Shown here in pieces: positions 35,958 to 48,870 of a stretch of 64,000 bases of DNA (position 1 is its first letter; each line of letters begins with the position of its first letter). Position numbers and translations under genes: made by a program. This DNA comes from Oikopleura dioica (lineage: Eukaryota > Animalia > Chordata). Under the pieces are notes generated by a model. It had not been told where the DNA came from. It worked only from the letters and a program-made list of their open reading frames with translations, and ran no database searches. The stretch lies in NCBI GenBank assembly GCA_907165135.1, contig OU015569.1, positions 124,001-188,000 of the forward strand, in the 5' to 3' direction.

Positions 35958-37399
35958 TCCCGCCTTTCGGAAATCATGGAAGAGAGGATGTCGTTTTCCG
36001 ATCTCTTTTTCCATCGCGACTTTCGACTTCGATTTTCAAATCCGATAAAAAGCGCTAGAAGACGAAGAAGGGGCGAAAAAAGAAGCTGAGCGGGAGAAAA
36101 TCTACGACTCGATCGATTCCGACGACCAAAAGAAGATTGACGAACTCTACGAGAAAAAGCCGATTTCTTCGTAAACATCAAAGTCAATTATTATCGTTAC
36201 ATGTGTTAATTCGTCAAATGAGTGTTTTGAGAATGCATAAGAACAAAAAGTCAATTCAGTTCGGTATGCAAACTTTCCATTTTCGACCCTTGTAAAGTCC
36301 TTTCGTTCAACTTTCTGCCAGTCTATCGCGAATACAAAAAACAAGATATCTTAAATTTCTTCATTTATTGAACAGAAATATCACCATTTCAGCAAGTCTC
36401 GGTCTCGGCAGTCATCAGGTTTCATTCAATATCTTCAAACTAGATATGGTAATCCATTTCGTTTCATTTTATGAATATTTTCGAAAAAAAAACAATCATA
36501 TTTATGTCGAAAAATGTCCAAAAGAGGGCGCCAAATGAAGAAAATTCCGGGCTGAGGTTGAACTCCCGCTGCGCCTTATCAATAGAAAATCTGCTGATGA
36601 AAGAGATCTGTAACCAAGTAGAGAAACTAACCACAACTGTAGTACTGTACCTTTCTTAGTAATTCAGCACTACGATTTCATGGCGACCTGTGTAGAAACC
36701 TGAGTCAGGGTCCTGAGAGAGCTGTGCAGCCAATTTCAGGATCCCTGACTCAGGTTTTCTGCACAGCTTGCCGAGCCGAGCAACTGTTCTTTTTATAATC
36801 GTATTTATATTTTTGTTTGCGTACAGTTAAAAGTTGAAAAATTGATCTGATTTTTTTTTTAAAATTTTTTCTCGCAGATATTTGTTGTTTTTCCTCGGAG
36901 TCGGTTGTTTCCAATATTTGTTGATATTGATGTTGTTGGTTTTGTTGATTTCAGTTTTTTTTCTTTTTAAACTTTTCTTGAAAGTGCTCGATTTTTGGTG
37001 ACGTTTGGCGCAAATAATAAAACTGCGCCCGGATCAAATAAGCCCGGCTTAGATTGCTTCATTTTTTAGACATTTACTTTGTATAATTAAATCGGCCACA
37101 TTCCTTAAATATTTATCGGCAATTATTTGCTAATGGACGATTCGCTCGCCGAATCAGATGATTTTGATGCCTAGAGATATACAGATTTAGGTATACGAAT
37201 ATTAGAATATTCATGAATCAATGATACAAGCTTCTGTACTCAGAAACCTGTGTTAAACCTGAGTGAGGGTCCTGAAAAACGGCTCGATTCTCCAATTCAA
37301 GCTTTTTCAGGACCCTGACTCAGGTTTCGACACAGGCTTATGAGCCAAGAAAGAACATAAAAGCCGCTAATGAAAAAATGAGTACCGAGGATTCAGAAG

Positions 37400-37956
37400 A
37401 ATTCGCGCTGGATTTCGGATTTTGGCTTGTTTCTTTGCTAGAACTTGATTCTTTTGGACTACTCTCTTCTTCTTTTTTTTCCTCCACTTCTTCTTCTTCT
37501 TCCTCTTCCTCTTCTAAAATTTCATTTTTCGCGCTTTCGAAAGTTTTTTGAAGAGCTTTTTATCGCGCTAATAAATTATCGATAAACAAATATTTTTATA
37601 TTAATTTTTTTATACATTTATTTTTTCATAATTTTGAAATTTAATTTAGCGCGTTCCTTTTTTCTGTTTTTCTGTTTCCTCTGCGCTCTCGTCGAAAACA
37701 AAGCCCGTTCCTCTCCGTTTCGTCTGGTGGGACTTGTCATGTGCCTGTAAAAAGCACTGTAATCACAGAAAACAAGACGCCATACCTTTGGAACTAGCTC
37801 AGGAAAGGAATCTTCTCCCTCCTCCTCCTCTTCTTCGTTGTTTTCAGCGTTTTCGGCAGTTTCGGCAGTTTTCTCTTCGACAGTTTCGGTCGTCTTTTCG
37901 AGCTCTTTTTTGACCTCGTCGAGCTTGATTTCCGACTTCTCGCTTTTTTCACTCAT
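37400..37956 (-). CDS. Short acidic, low-complexity protein
   Basis: MSEKSEKSEIKLDEVKKELEKTTETVEEK..NEEEEEEGEDSFPELVPK|GT donor; further Glu-rich exon-like sequence at 37520-37400. Confidence 0.45.
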
Positions 37957-39413
37957 CTTTTTTTCAAAAAGTAGAAAAAGTAGCGATTTCAAAAGAAGCT
38001 GATTTTTCTTTTTGAAAGAAAATCGAGAGGTTCTTCGTTTTTTTTTGTTTTTTTTTCCTTGTTGTTTTTTAATCGATTCTGAGATTCGAAACTTTTCAAG
38101 TCTGATCAGTCTAAAATTGATAAGTTACTGTACTAGTTTCTACAGTTATTTTCCAGAGAAAAAAGATGCTTCAATAAACGATTCAAAAAGGCACGTTTTT
38201 GAGGCAAAAATTTAGCTGGGTTTGGGAACCTGTGCAGAAAACCTGACTCAGGAGTCTAAAACCCTGACTCGGGTTTTGTTCATAGGTTTCCGAACCCAGC
38301 TTGAAATTTTAGCTCAAAAAATTTTGGGCAAAAAATCGATATTTTTTTGCCCAAAATTTTCATAAAACCCAACATACTGTTTTGAACTAAAAGAACTGAA
38401 GTGACAGTAAATAACAATAAACCCTTTCCCGTCTCTTCTGAGCTGCGATCTCTGTGAGTGAAAATCTAGCGGGATTAAAAAAGGGCTAGGTCTTTTTGAA
38501 TCGTTTCAGAATCGTTGATGATCTCGATCAGAATAGAAAAAAAAAAAAGAAAGTCTAAAGTCTTCATAAGAGACAAATTGAAGCAATTATCGCGAAGTCA
38601 GCGTGAGGAATTTACGACTCAATAACTTAAGTGGCCACCTCATGATTCACGAGACAGTGCCATTTAAGTACGCATTAAGAAGCTACCCTACTAGAAAGCG
38701 AATAAAAAGCGAAAGCACGCTCGGCAACCTGTGTAGAAACCTGAGTCAGGGTTCTGAAAGAGCTACGAGGCTTTTTATCGATGCTCTTTCAGAACCATGT
38801 ATCAGGATTTTACACAGGTTGCCGAGCTTAGATCAAATATTCTCTGGGCTCGAAAATCGGTGTAGAAAACCTGACTCAGGGTCTGACAAATCTTCTTCTC
38901 AGCTTAAAATAAAAAAAAAAGAAGCGGCCAAGCAATGCCATCAATATTGTTTGTCTCTGTCTTGAAACTGGGGATGTCGCATTTTCATTTTTTCCTTCTT
39001 CTTGATGCGTATTGAAATTATATTTAATGCACGAGTATCGATAAGACACCTCTCGCCGCCCCAATTAAATGTTAACTCTAAATGAATAATTTTACATTTC
39101 CCAATTTTTCAATTTTCAAAATAAATAAGGAAACAAATATACAATTTATATAAATTATTTCTGTTTATAATTAATAAAATGCATTAATTTTCAATTTTTA
39201 ATCGAAAATAACAGAAAAATAGAAAAATTGGGAGAATACGGTGAAAACAGGATTTTACCCAAAATTAGCTTTTCCGTGAATTGCGGAAAGTCTACTTCAC
39301 GGAAAAGCTGATTCGCGAAAAAACCTATTTTCCGGGAAATCCAATCTTGCTTTTTGAACCCGTTTTTGACTCGAAAATCGGCTCAAAATATTGTTTTTTT
39401 CCTTTCTCTCAAG

Positions 39414-39723
39414 CAGGGTTCGGTAATTTGAGCTCACGCTAAAACTCAAGGAAACAAAGCTTGAGACTCACGTTTTTTAATTTGAGTTTTGAGAACTCAG
39501 AGATGAGAAATCAATTCTGGCGATCCATGAGCCAATCAAGGAAGCGCTCGCTTAATTTGAGTTTTGAAAACTCAAAACTCTCAAATCTCCCAAAAACTCA
39601 AAACTCTCAAAATCTCAAATCTTCTCAAAATGATTTCTCAAGTCACTTTGAGTTCTCAATTTGAGGAAATTTGAGCGTCTAGCCAAAATGAGTTTTAGCT
39701 TGAGCTCAAATTACCGAACCCTG
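39414..39723. mobile_element. hAT-like MITE (310 bp), perfect 8-bp TSD CTCTCAAG
   Basis: CTCTCAAG|CAGGGTTCGGTAATTTGAGCTCA ... TGAGCTCAAATTACCGAACCCTG|CTCTCAAG; internal TTGAG/CTCAA repeats. Confidence 0.93.
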
Positions 39724-41599
39724 CTCTCAAGAGTGGTCTTAAATTAGATCTGTCTGCAGCGTCAAAAATTATGAAAGAAATCGTGGCAAATCTCTAATTT
39801 CTGGAATTATTCTTCAAAAATAGAAATGTGCGGCGATCCATACAGGTGCTGCTGAACGTGAGACAAGAGAAAATAGTCTTGTGTGATTACCATAAACCTG
39901 AGATTTGCCCAAGCATGAAAAATGCTATCTCTTTCTCTTTCACCGTTACTTTCTTTTTCTCTTTTTGAATTAGAAAATTGAACATTGGAAAAACTTAAAT
40001 TTGAAAGAAAAAAAAGTGTTATTAAAAAAAAAAATTGGGATGTTCTGTGTCGAGTGCGGCGAAGGTGATTCCAGTGCGCCGATTTCAATAAATGCCAATT
40101 TCAAGCAGCTTCAAGCTTTTTTTTCAGTTTCAGCTCTTTTTGCTTGAGCTGAGCTCGACAACCTGTGTAGAAAACCTGAGTCAGGGTCTGAAGAGATCAA
40201 TTTATCAAACTTTAAGGACCCCCCCCCTTAAGGAATATTCAAGGAGGGGTCCTTAAAGTCTGATGAAATTGATTCTGCTGCTTCAGAACCTGACTCAGGT
40301 TTTTTTCACAGGTTGTCAAGTCCTGTTCTTTAAGAATTTAAGAGTTAGGGTTACATCTAATCTTTGCTAATTTTCTGTCTCTCCCTCTTTTTTTCTCTCT
40401 TTTTTTTTGTTTCTCATTTGAAGCTGCGTCTGGCTACGTCCCTGCCTGTATGTATTCTCTCACTGGGAGTCGTTATGCCGCTGAAATCGCTGCGACGATG
40501 CATTTGTGAAAATAAAAAGTGACTGTTTACCCGCCGCTTCTCCTGACACCGTCCAATTTATTCTGCTAGGGCCTCTTTTCGTTCTTTATAATTACGCGCT
40601 CTTTTTTGTGGAAAAGAAGTTCTTAATTTGTGATTAATAGTAATTATACAGTAGTGGATTAAAACAGTTGTATTTCTTGAAAAAGAGAGAGGGGAGACGG
40701 GAATTCCTGTTCATTATTAACCTGACACCCTTAACTTATTCATTAACCCTGTCCTTGGCATTGAGCGCTCGGGTCAAAAACCTGTGTAAAAACCTGAGTC
40801 AGGGTCCAAAAAGAAAGATTGAAATGGCAGTTTTCGCGGAGCCACTTTCCGGCTTTGTTTTTATTATCAGCCGGGGTACCCTTAATCAAAAAGCGGGCGC
40901 AAAGCCTTCGTGGCATTTTGGGATCGAAGTAATTTACTATCTCAGCGGTGGACGGTTAAATTTCGAGAGTGTCGCAAAATCAATTGCCAATTTCAATTGT
41001 GCAAATCGGCGCGCAATTCCAAATCAAATATCATTTTTCAAATAGCTTTAAATCGACAAATATCAATTCATAAACCACCGTTCAAGCCCAACTGCTCTAA
41101 GGGGACTAGCTGGCTTCTGTAAAAGCTCCAAATCCATAGCGGTTTCGCAGAGTATTAATACAATATATATGTTTATTTTGGCGAAGCCGCTTCGCGGCTT
41201 AGTTTTTGAAAAAGCCGCTGCGCGGCTTTTGATTGAATCTTTGAGTCAGCTTTTGAGAGAGCTGGAAAGAGAGGGGAAGTAAGATCTGTCAAGGTGGCCT
41301 CATCTGGCTTCAATAAAAGCGCCAGAAACGAGCCCGTAAAAGGAGGGCGAACTCTTTCGCTCAAGAGCTTCGCTAAATACACCCCACAGACAGCTGACGT
41401 ATGAAGCCTACTGAGGAAGGGAGATTTTCGAGATTTTATGGCTCCCGAATGCTCCGCCGCGAGACTGTATCTTTTCGCCACTGAAGCTTTTTTCTGAATT
41501 TTGAAGAAAAGGAAGCGTTTTTTCTCGAATAAACGGCATTAATTCTATTTTATTTCTAATTTCATGCGCCAGTTGATTTTCTATTTGACGATTTCTTCA

Positions 41600-42030
41600 T
41601 CAAATCTTCAAGAAATGCGCGATGAATTATTAAAAGCAGTTTGATGTAACCAACACCAACAAGAAGAAGCAGCGAGGCAACGGAGAAGAAGAGCACCATG
41701 GTACATGGTTCTGAAAGAAGAGGCCTTTTGGCTTCTTATCAGAAGAGAGAAAGAGAGCCGCCGCCCATAAATTATTAACAAATCTTGATTCATGAATCCG
41801 AGAATTGTCAGGCGAGACCTTCAAATGTCACAGTCGCCAGAAGCCAAATATAGAACCAGCAAATATAAAACAACATCAAAGCAAAAGCTGCGCAGCCGCG
41901 AAAAACACAACAACTTGGGCAGTTCCCTGCCTTGGAGCCCGAAGCTCTCCGAAAACTTAAGAAAAAGGTCAGTGTTGGGGGCAGCGAGGCAGTTCGCGAG
42001 CAGACGCGGGTGATTTGCGCGGCTTGTCAA
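41600..42030 (-). CDS. Possible membrane-protein exons of unknown function
   Basis: Hydrophobic stretches FCFDVVLYLLVLYLAS and ALLLRCLAASSCWCWL; no family recognised. Confidence 0.25.
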
Positions 42031-42399
42031 ATGCGCTTCCGCTGCTCGTTGGAACTAACCAGGTTAATATTTGTCCGCTTTAGGGCCCCTTAATCGACCG
42101 GCAAATATCACCCTCGATATGCAGGACCCAGCTCTTATCATTTGTCGCCGACAATAAAACCCGCCTCGCTTTCCAAAGCAAACGAAAATGACTCGTCTTT
42201 GATTTTCACCGAAAATTTCACACGATAGTACAAAATTGTATTCATGTATCAAAAATCTTTTGACAGCAGTTTTTAAAATTCATATTTCATTTTTTCAAAT
42301 TCTCTAAAATTCCGCTTCGTCATCCGCCGCGTCGTATTTTTCAGCTTTGTTCTCTTCCTTGATTTCAGGGGAAACCTCTTCGCTTGGCTTTTGCGCTGC

Positions 42400-45018
42400 T
42401 TCTCCAAAGCCTTCTACTGGAAACGAGCAGCGGAAGAATGCCTTTTCGAGAAGGTCGAGATTTCAGATTGAGGTTGAGGGATACGAGCCTGTGCCCAGGC
42501 TACAAAAATTCGTCCAATTAGATAGTTCGATGATCTTGGACCCTGTTTTACTCAAATCGTTGCGGTCACCACCGCGACATGCAAAGTGGTGTGAGGCATG
42601 CTAACGAAGAATGATTATAATTGAGCCAGACCCGCAAAAGTACCATCGGTGTTATGGTCCTTATATGGCATAAGTGGGTTGACATCTAGAATTTCGATTA
42701 TTCCTCAGAGCTTCTCCCAAATGTCCCAGTTTCTTTTCAAATTGAGAAGCCGCTTGCGGCTTCGAGCAAAATATATTTTAAGCCGCACAAAGCGCGGCTT
42801 TTTCACTTTTTCCTCGAAGCCGCAAATGGCTTCTCGATTTGAAAAGTAGGAAAATGAAATTCTATACGACCGTTCCTTCATCGTAGTTGCGTAGGAAGTG
42901 CCATCCATGATCCTAAACCCTTCGAGATGGACAAAGACTTCAAAGAAAAGACCGCCCGTGCAGAAGACGAAACACGCCCAGGCGAATGAAATCGGCGACT
43001 CTTCGATGTAATTTCCTGAATTCGAAATTATCAGGAATTGAGCGCGTTTAATTTCCGACCAGTGACTGTTGGAGCAATCATGGTGCCGATCGAGGAGCCG
43101 AGATTGTTGATGAAGACGTAGGTGAGGCCGAGATTAGTAAAGCTGTTGCAGAGACTGGTGGAGCTGGCGTAGACTTGAGAAACGAACAGTCCGTAAATGA
43201 CAGTAGCTGTGTATAAAATTGCGTCGTTTGAACTTCCGCCGGCATTGCCGTCCACTCCGAGAATCAAACTTGTTGAAGCATGAAAAAATCAGTCAAAAAT
43301 GGCAAAAGTCATTGCCAATGACTCATTGGCCATTATTTTTCTTGCTTTTCCTGATTCCGATTGTAGAGCCAGTGAAATAAATCAAGATCAAAAAGGTCGG
43401 TTTTAGCTTTCTAGCAACGTACGTTCCGCTGAATCTTCCGACGATAAAGGCAGCCCAGAAGATCATGTTGATGTAGTTGGCTTTTACGGGATCCCAGTCG
43501 AACGCTTCCGCGCAAAGTGCGTAGTAGTAGATGTACGACTAAAAGGAAGATAGGAGTTATTGACTGTATTTTTGCCCGGGGCTCGAAAAGAGCTAGAATT
43601 CGGCTCGAAAACCTGTATAGAAATCTTGAGTCAGGGTTTCCGATGAAAAGCCGCGTAAAATTATTTGAGACCCTGAGTCAGGATTTCTACACAGGTTGTC
43701 GAGCTCAGTTTTACCTGGAAGATGGTATCGGCGTTTCCGCAGCAAGCGTGAATAAGCATCGTGAACATGAAGAAAAGAAGGAGTTTTTGCCAGGGATCTT
43801 CTCCGCGCAAATCGACCTATTCTCTCTTTTATTGCTGATGATGATGAAACACTAAACCTCGTCATGTTTGGCAGTGGTCAGTTTTTCTATGAGCTTCCAG
43901 ACGGCGCAAACACAGGTGAATATTCCACTGGCGAGGACGATTGCACCGACGATCAGATATGGTGGGAGGACGTCTTCATCGACTGAAAAAGGGATGAAAA
44001 TGGATGTTTGGAGGATTTTCTTACTGAGGTCGAAGTGATTGCCTGAAGAGTAGTTCTTGCCGTAGTCGGTGAAGTTGTCGCCGCCGGTGACGCATTCCTC
44101 AAAGTTTTTGATGAAGAAAATGAAGAAAGAGAAATTTTTACCTTGAGGGGATCATTGGACTTGAAAACCTGAACGAGCAGGGGCGCCAAAAAGCCTCCAA
44201 TAGTGAAGAACGCGTGGTAGATGGCGATGACCCAAGTTGATCCGCCAACGCCGAAGATGTTCAGCGAAAGCGACTCCAAGCCCGTGTTGAAATAAGAACT
44301 CGTGAGCGTGGTAGCAAAGGCCACAGTTCCGAGCAGCCAGAGTTCCGTCACGAAGGGCATGACAGCCATAAACGCCCCGTTGAACAGTAGCGTGCCACCG
44401 ATAGTGAGCAATTTGACCTTTCCGGACGGAAGCCTCGGAAAAATGATGCCAGCTGCGATCGCTCCAACCACATTGCCGAGCCCTCTCCACGAAAAACAGA
44501 TGAAACATCTGCGACAGAAACGTCGCAGTTGTAGGCGAGGCTGGGCAGAGTTGGGCCAGTGATGGAGGTGAAAAACCATGGGCGATTCGGGCTGCTGCTA
44601 CGACGCCGATGAAGATGTAGGTCAGCGACGATTTACTGCTTTTTGGAAGTCTCGGAATTCGGGTTAGAGTCTGGGCTTAGTTTAAAAAGCCGCGTTGCGG
44701 CTTTAAATTTTAGCTCTTTGAGAACCTGACTCAGGTTTTCTTCACAGGTTTCCAAGCCCAGAAGGCAGCCCTTTTTCCTGGCAACATGTAATTTAGGAAA
44801 GAAAGCAGACCTAACTATCTAAGTACTGCAATTACTGTACGAAATGACAAGACAGCCGGATGATCTTTGAAATTTTCGGATGACAGACCTTCTCTTTTTT
44901 CATAAAAAAATGACCTCTTTTTCTCGTTATTTCCGGACTTTTTCCTGGAACTTTTGTTTTCCTGATTTTCCTGATTTTCCTGGTTCTCTTCCTTGTTTTC
45001 TTCCGGGGCAACTTGCAT
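42400..45018 (-). CDS. MFS transporter, MFSD4/NAGLT1-like; 3' end approximate
   Basis: GPTLPSLAYNCDVSVADVSSVFSWRGLGNVVGAIAAG; YHAFFTIGGFLAPLL; QSYIYYYA..ANYINMIFWAAFIVGRFSGTYVA; GSSIGTMIAPTVTG. Confidence 0.85.
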
Positions 45019-47919
45019 GTCCTCGGCGCGCAAATCGCCTTTTGAATAAACGTTTTTATACATAAAGCAAAAAATCGTAATTTTATCGTTTCTTCTCAAG
45101 AAAAAGAAGCATTCTATTTGCTTGAGCATTTTACGAAGCACTTTTTATTGTAAGAAAAATTGTAAAAAAGCTGTCAGAATCGAAATCGAACAGAAGCGGG
45201 AAATAAAAAACTGACCTTGGAACGCTTTATTTTTCTCCCCCATCGAAATCACTCTTTTCTCGCGCTTTTTTTATCAATTTTCGGCGGGTGATTCTTTTCG
45301 GCTTCCCAAAATTCTGCAAAGATTTGGAAAACTTACGCCAGGGAGAATTATTTGCTCTGCCTGTCAAAGAGAGTCAAGGAGTTACTATTTAGCTGGAGAT
45401 ACTTTTATCCGCGTTTAGACGATTTTTATGGCTTTGGAATTTTGTCGCCCAACAGGCCAAAATTCAGAGTTGAGGAAATTCGCTAACGCGCCATATTTTG
45501 CCGATGATTGACTTTTAACCCCTCCCGCAAGAATAAACGCAGAAAAGAGGAGAGTTGTTAATGTTCTAAATAGCGAGTGAGTTAGTCCATTTTTCGCGAA
45601 GATGCGTCGCCTTATCGAATAACGTGGCGTTTGCTAAATTCGCTCTCTCGTATACTAAACGACACAGAGTAACAATAAACACAAAACAAACTCAGCTATT
45701 CTCGTAATCGCGCTTTAATCATCGTTTTTCTTCTCCAGAAAAAATAGCAGAAATTGTAAAAATCAAAAATTAGAAAAATCAAAAATTAAAAAATCAAAAA
45801 TTAAAAAATTTAAAGATTCGGCAAAAAAGCAGAAATTCGCGATTCTAGTTACGAAAAAGAAAAAAGAGAAAGTGACGTGGGTTTGCGACGTCAACAAGCT
45901 GAAAAAGCCCTTTCCCCGAAGTCCCGAAAATTGGAGGAAGTCGAAAATAGCCGGGCGAACAGTTTCTTCCGCTACGTAAAAATCCCCTGTTTCCACCGCC
46001 CCTGCTGTTTTTCTCAGTTTTTCTGAAAAATCAGCAGCCAGAACCGGTTTTTGTGGACAAAAAATTGAATTAAAAATAGATTGAGATGAGAGTCTTTTTC
46101 CTGACTAAGGGCCTGACTCAGGTTTTCTAGACAGGTCTTTGAGAAGTTCAGCACTAGAATTTTCGATTATTCATCGCACTTTTATCTTCAGAAACGTGGA
46201 TGAAAAAAGGTCGCGAAGATAAGAAATTTGTACTCTCGTTTTTTTTTGTTCTGGACATATGCGAAATTTACAAGCAAAAAGGGAAAAAGAGGATAGCGAT
46301 CTTGTTTTGCGCTTCCCGCTTTTGACAGGGTTGGCCTTCTTCGGACTCGAGGCCGAAAACCCAGCAGGAGACTGATAAGCGCCAGTCTGTGTTATAGTTA
46401 CCTGCGCAGTGGGGATGAGGAAGTTATCAGATACTTTATGGCGGACGGCACCTTTCCCCGAAACATGACGTTTTCAAAATATACGCCTTGACGAGTTGTC
46501 AGCCAAGGGTAGATCCAAACTCGCAATACCAACAATCAAGCTACTAATCATCAAATATTAAATTTATTTTGAGGTTGGAAATTTTAACAGTAATCGAAGA
46601 ATTTTTATCACAAATTTTCAGGACGAATTGGCTAGAGGATGTATCTGATGATGTATTCATTTTACTTTTTATACGGTAAGTTCCGAATCCACCGACTAAA
46701 CTCATGATCAGTCATTTTATTGAGAATAGAAAAATTCAAAAGTCTTAGGAGCCATGTTGTTATTAAATATATGATTCATTTAATATCTGAAAAGAGGTGC
46801 TGGAATCTTCATTTAAAAACGACTGTTTTTCTTCTACTTCAAAATTGAAATCGGCGGGTCTCCTTAAATATCGACTGATTCACGCATCACGTGACATCAA
46901 AACAAGCAAAATTTCCGCACGAAGTGAGACAAGCAATGCATGAAATTCTTCGACCCAGAAAAATCCCTCGAAATTCGTCTAAAAATAAAAAGTTCCAAAA
47001 AATTCCTGCTAGCCCAAAATTGGAAAAAGGAATTTAGAAAATTCGGAATTTTGGGGAGTGGGAATTTCGAATTCGTCTGAGTCCTGCTTCTTTCTGGAGC
47101 AACTTGAGCTGGAGGGGTAGAAAGGAGAGAGCGTGGGAGCCTCTCAAGAAGAAAAAGGGCTGGAATGAGCTCGTCATGCCAACTATGCCAAGTGAGTCGC
47201 GTAGTTTCGACCTCGCTGCGGCGATTTAGAAAGTCGCCTCTAGAATAAGAAAAAACGCTAAGCTGCTAAATAGTGCTCTCTGTGGCACTTTTTCTCCGCC
47301 GCTTTCACGGAATAAACTTGTTTTCCAAAACAAGCAAAAGTGAAGATCTTCACTTTTGTTTGCATTTTTGGAGAAAAAAGGCCTCTTTAATTATTTACAG
47401 TGATTTTACGAGTAATGTACAGTTTTGTTCGTGAACGGCGATGCAGTCGAGAACGCTATCGCAACTTCCAAAGGCATATTTCCAGCCCAAGATTACGGTG
47501 CCAGCGGGGGCGGAGATAAGAAGAACCAGCACTGAAAACGAGCATTTTAGAGCATTCTTTTTCGCTTAGATCGAGTTTAGCAAAGGGAAACCCTTATTTT
47601 TATTTCACCAAATAGAAGGGGCAACACTTTACGAAAAAATGGTTAATACAGAAACCTGTGTAGAAACCTGAGTCAGGGTCCTGAAAGAGATGAAAGAAGA
47701 TATCATGGTGGTATTTTTGGCGAAGCCGCGGAGCGGCTTCGTTTTTAAAAAAGCCGCTCCGCGGCTTTTCATCAAAGATCTTTCAAGACCCTGACTGAGG
47801 TTTCTTCACAGCTTGCTGAGCGTGGAAAATGGAGAGAATTCTTGTTCTTTTGTAAATTTCGCCAAGCGAAATTGTAAAAAAAAACTGCGTCTAGTGGCGT
47901 TACTAACGATCGCTAATTT

Positions 47920-48870
47920 TTAAAAAGCACAAGTACAAATCCGATTGACGGGTTTTTTTTTATAAAGCGCTATTTCGAAAACAAGCAAGCGGCGGAGCAA
48001 AATAAGCAACTGACCGACGCTGGCGCAGATGAAGGAGACGAGGGATTTGGCCCTGTTGCCGAATTCGCAGTCGCGGCAGAGCAGCTGCGCCAGGAAGTAA
48101 AGCGTGAAAAAGAGCAGGATCAGGCCGCCGATGCACGTGATTCCCATCGAAATGCCGACTGAGCTTTTGAAGAGGTTTTTGTAGAGGGTCTGTTGTTCTT
48201 CTGTTGGATCCCAGTCTTCAAGCAAAATGAGTGCGGTTTCAAACAAATTTAGCCGTAAATACCGATGTAGTAAAAGCTCAGGTAGCAGGAAGCGCCAGCG
48301 ATGGAAGCCAGTCCAAGAATGTTCGAAGAGAGACTGTACTTCGACCCCTAGAAAAGGAAATTAAGGGGGTAGGCACCCTTAATTGAAAACGAGGATTTTT
48401 CTTCAGAATTCTACGAAGTGATACCCTTAATTTGCTTTACTAATTGAAGGTTAAACTTTTATCTAGTTCAGGCTCGGCAACCCGTGTAAAAATACCTGAG
48501 TCAGGGTCTGAAAATTCAAATATAGATCTTTCAGAATCTGACTCAGGGTTTTTACTTAGATTGCCGAGCCTGACCTAGACATAAATTTTAGCTTTCTATT
48601 AGCAAAGTAAAATAAGGGCATCACTTCGTAAAATTACGAAGAATATTTTGAAAAAAATTCTCGTTTGCCGTCTATCCCCTTAATTTTCAAACGTCGTCGT
48701 TACCTCCATTCTAGCTTGAATACAGCTGGCAATCAGCGTGACTGCAGGAAGAGAGAGCTGCACATAAGCCAAAATCAACAAGACAAAAAACTGGTCGTCG
48801 GCATCCGCTTCAAAAGAGCCATCAGCGTTGCCTCCGATTTTGTCGCATTCGGGCTCCCAGTCATCTAGTA
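47920..48870 (-). CDS. Multi-pass membrane protein of unknown family
   Basis: Exons FFVLLILAYVQLSLPAVTLIASCI | ILGLASIAGASCYLSFYYIGIY | ISMGITCIGGLILLFFTLYFLA with GT-AG boundaries. Confidence 0.55.
48355..48685. mobile_element. Three-layer nested palindrome (family C GATACCCTTA/TAAGGG arms around a family-A MITE) filling an intron
   Basis: TACGAAGTGATACCCTTA ... [48469-48573 family A] ... TAAGGGCATCACTTCGTA, with outer TTAAGGGG/CCCCTTAA. Confidence 0.7.
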
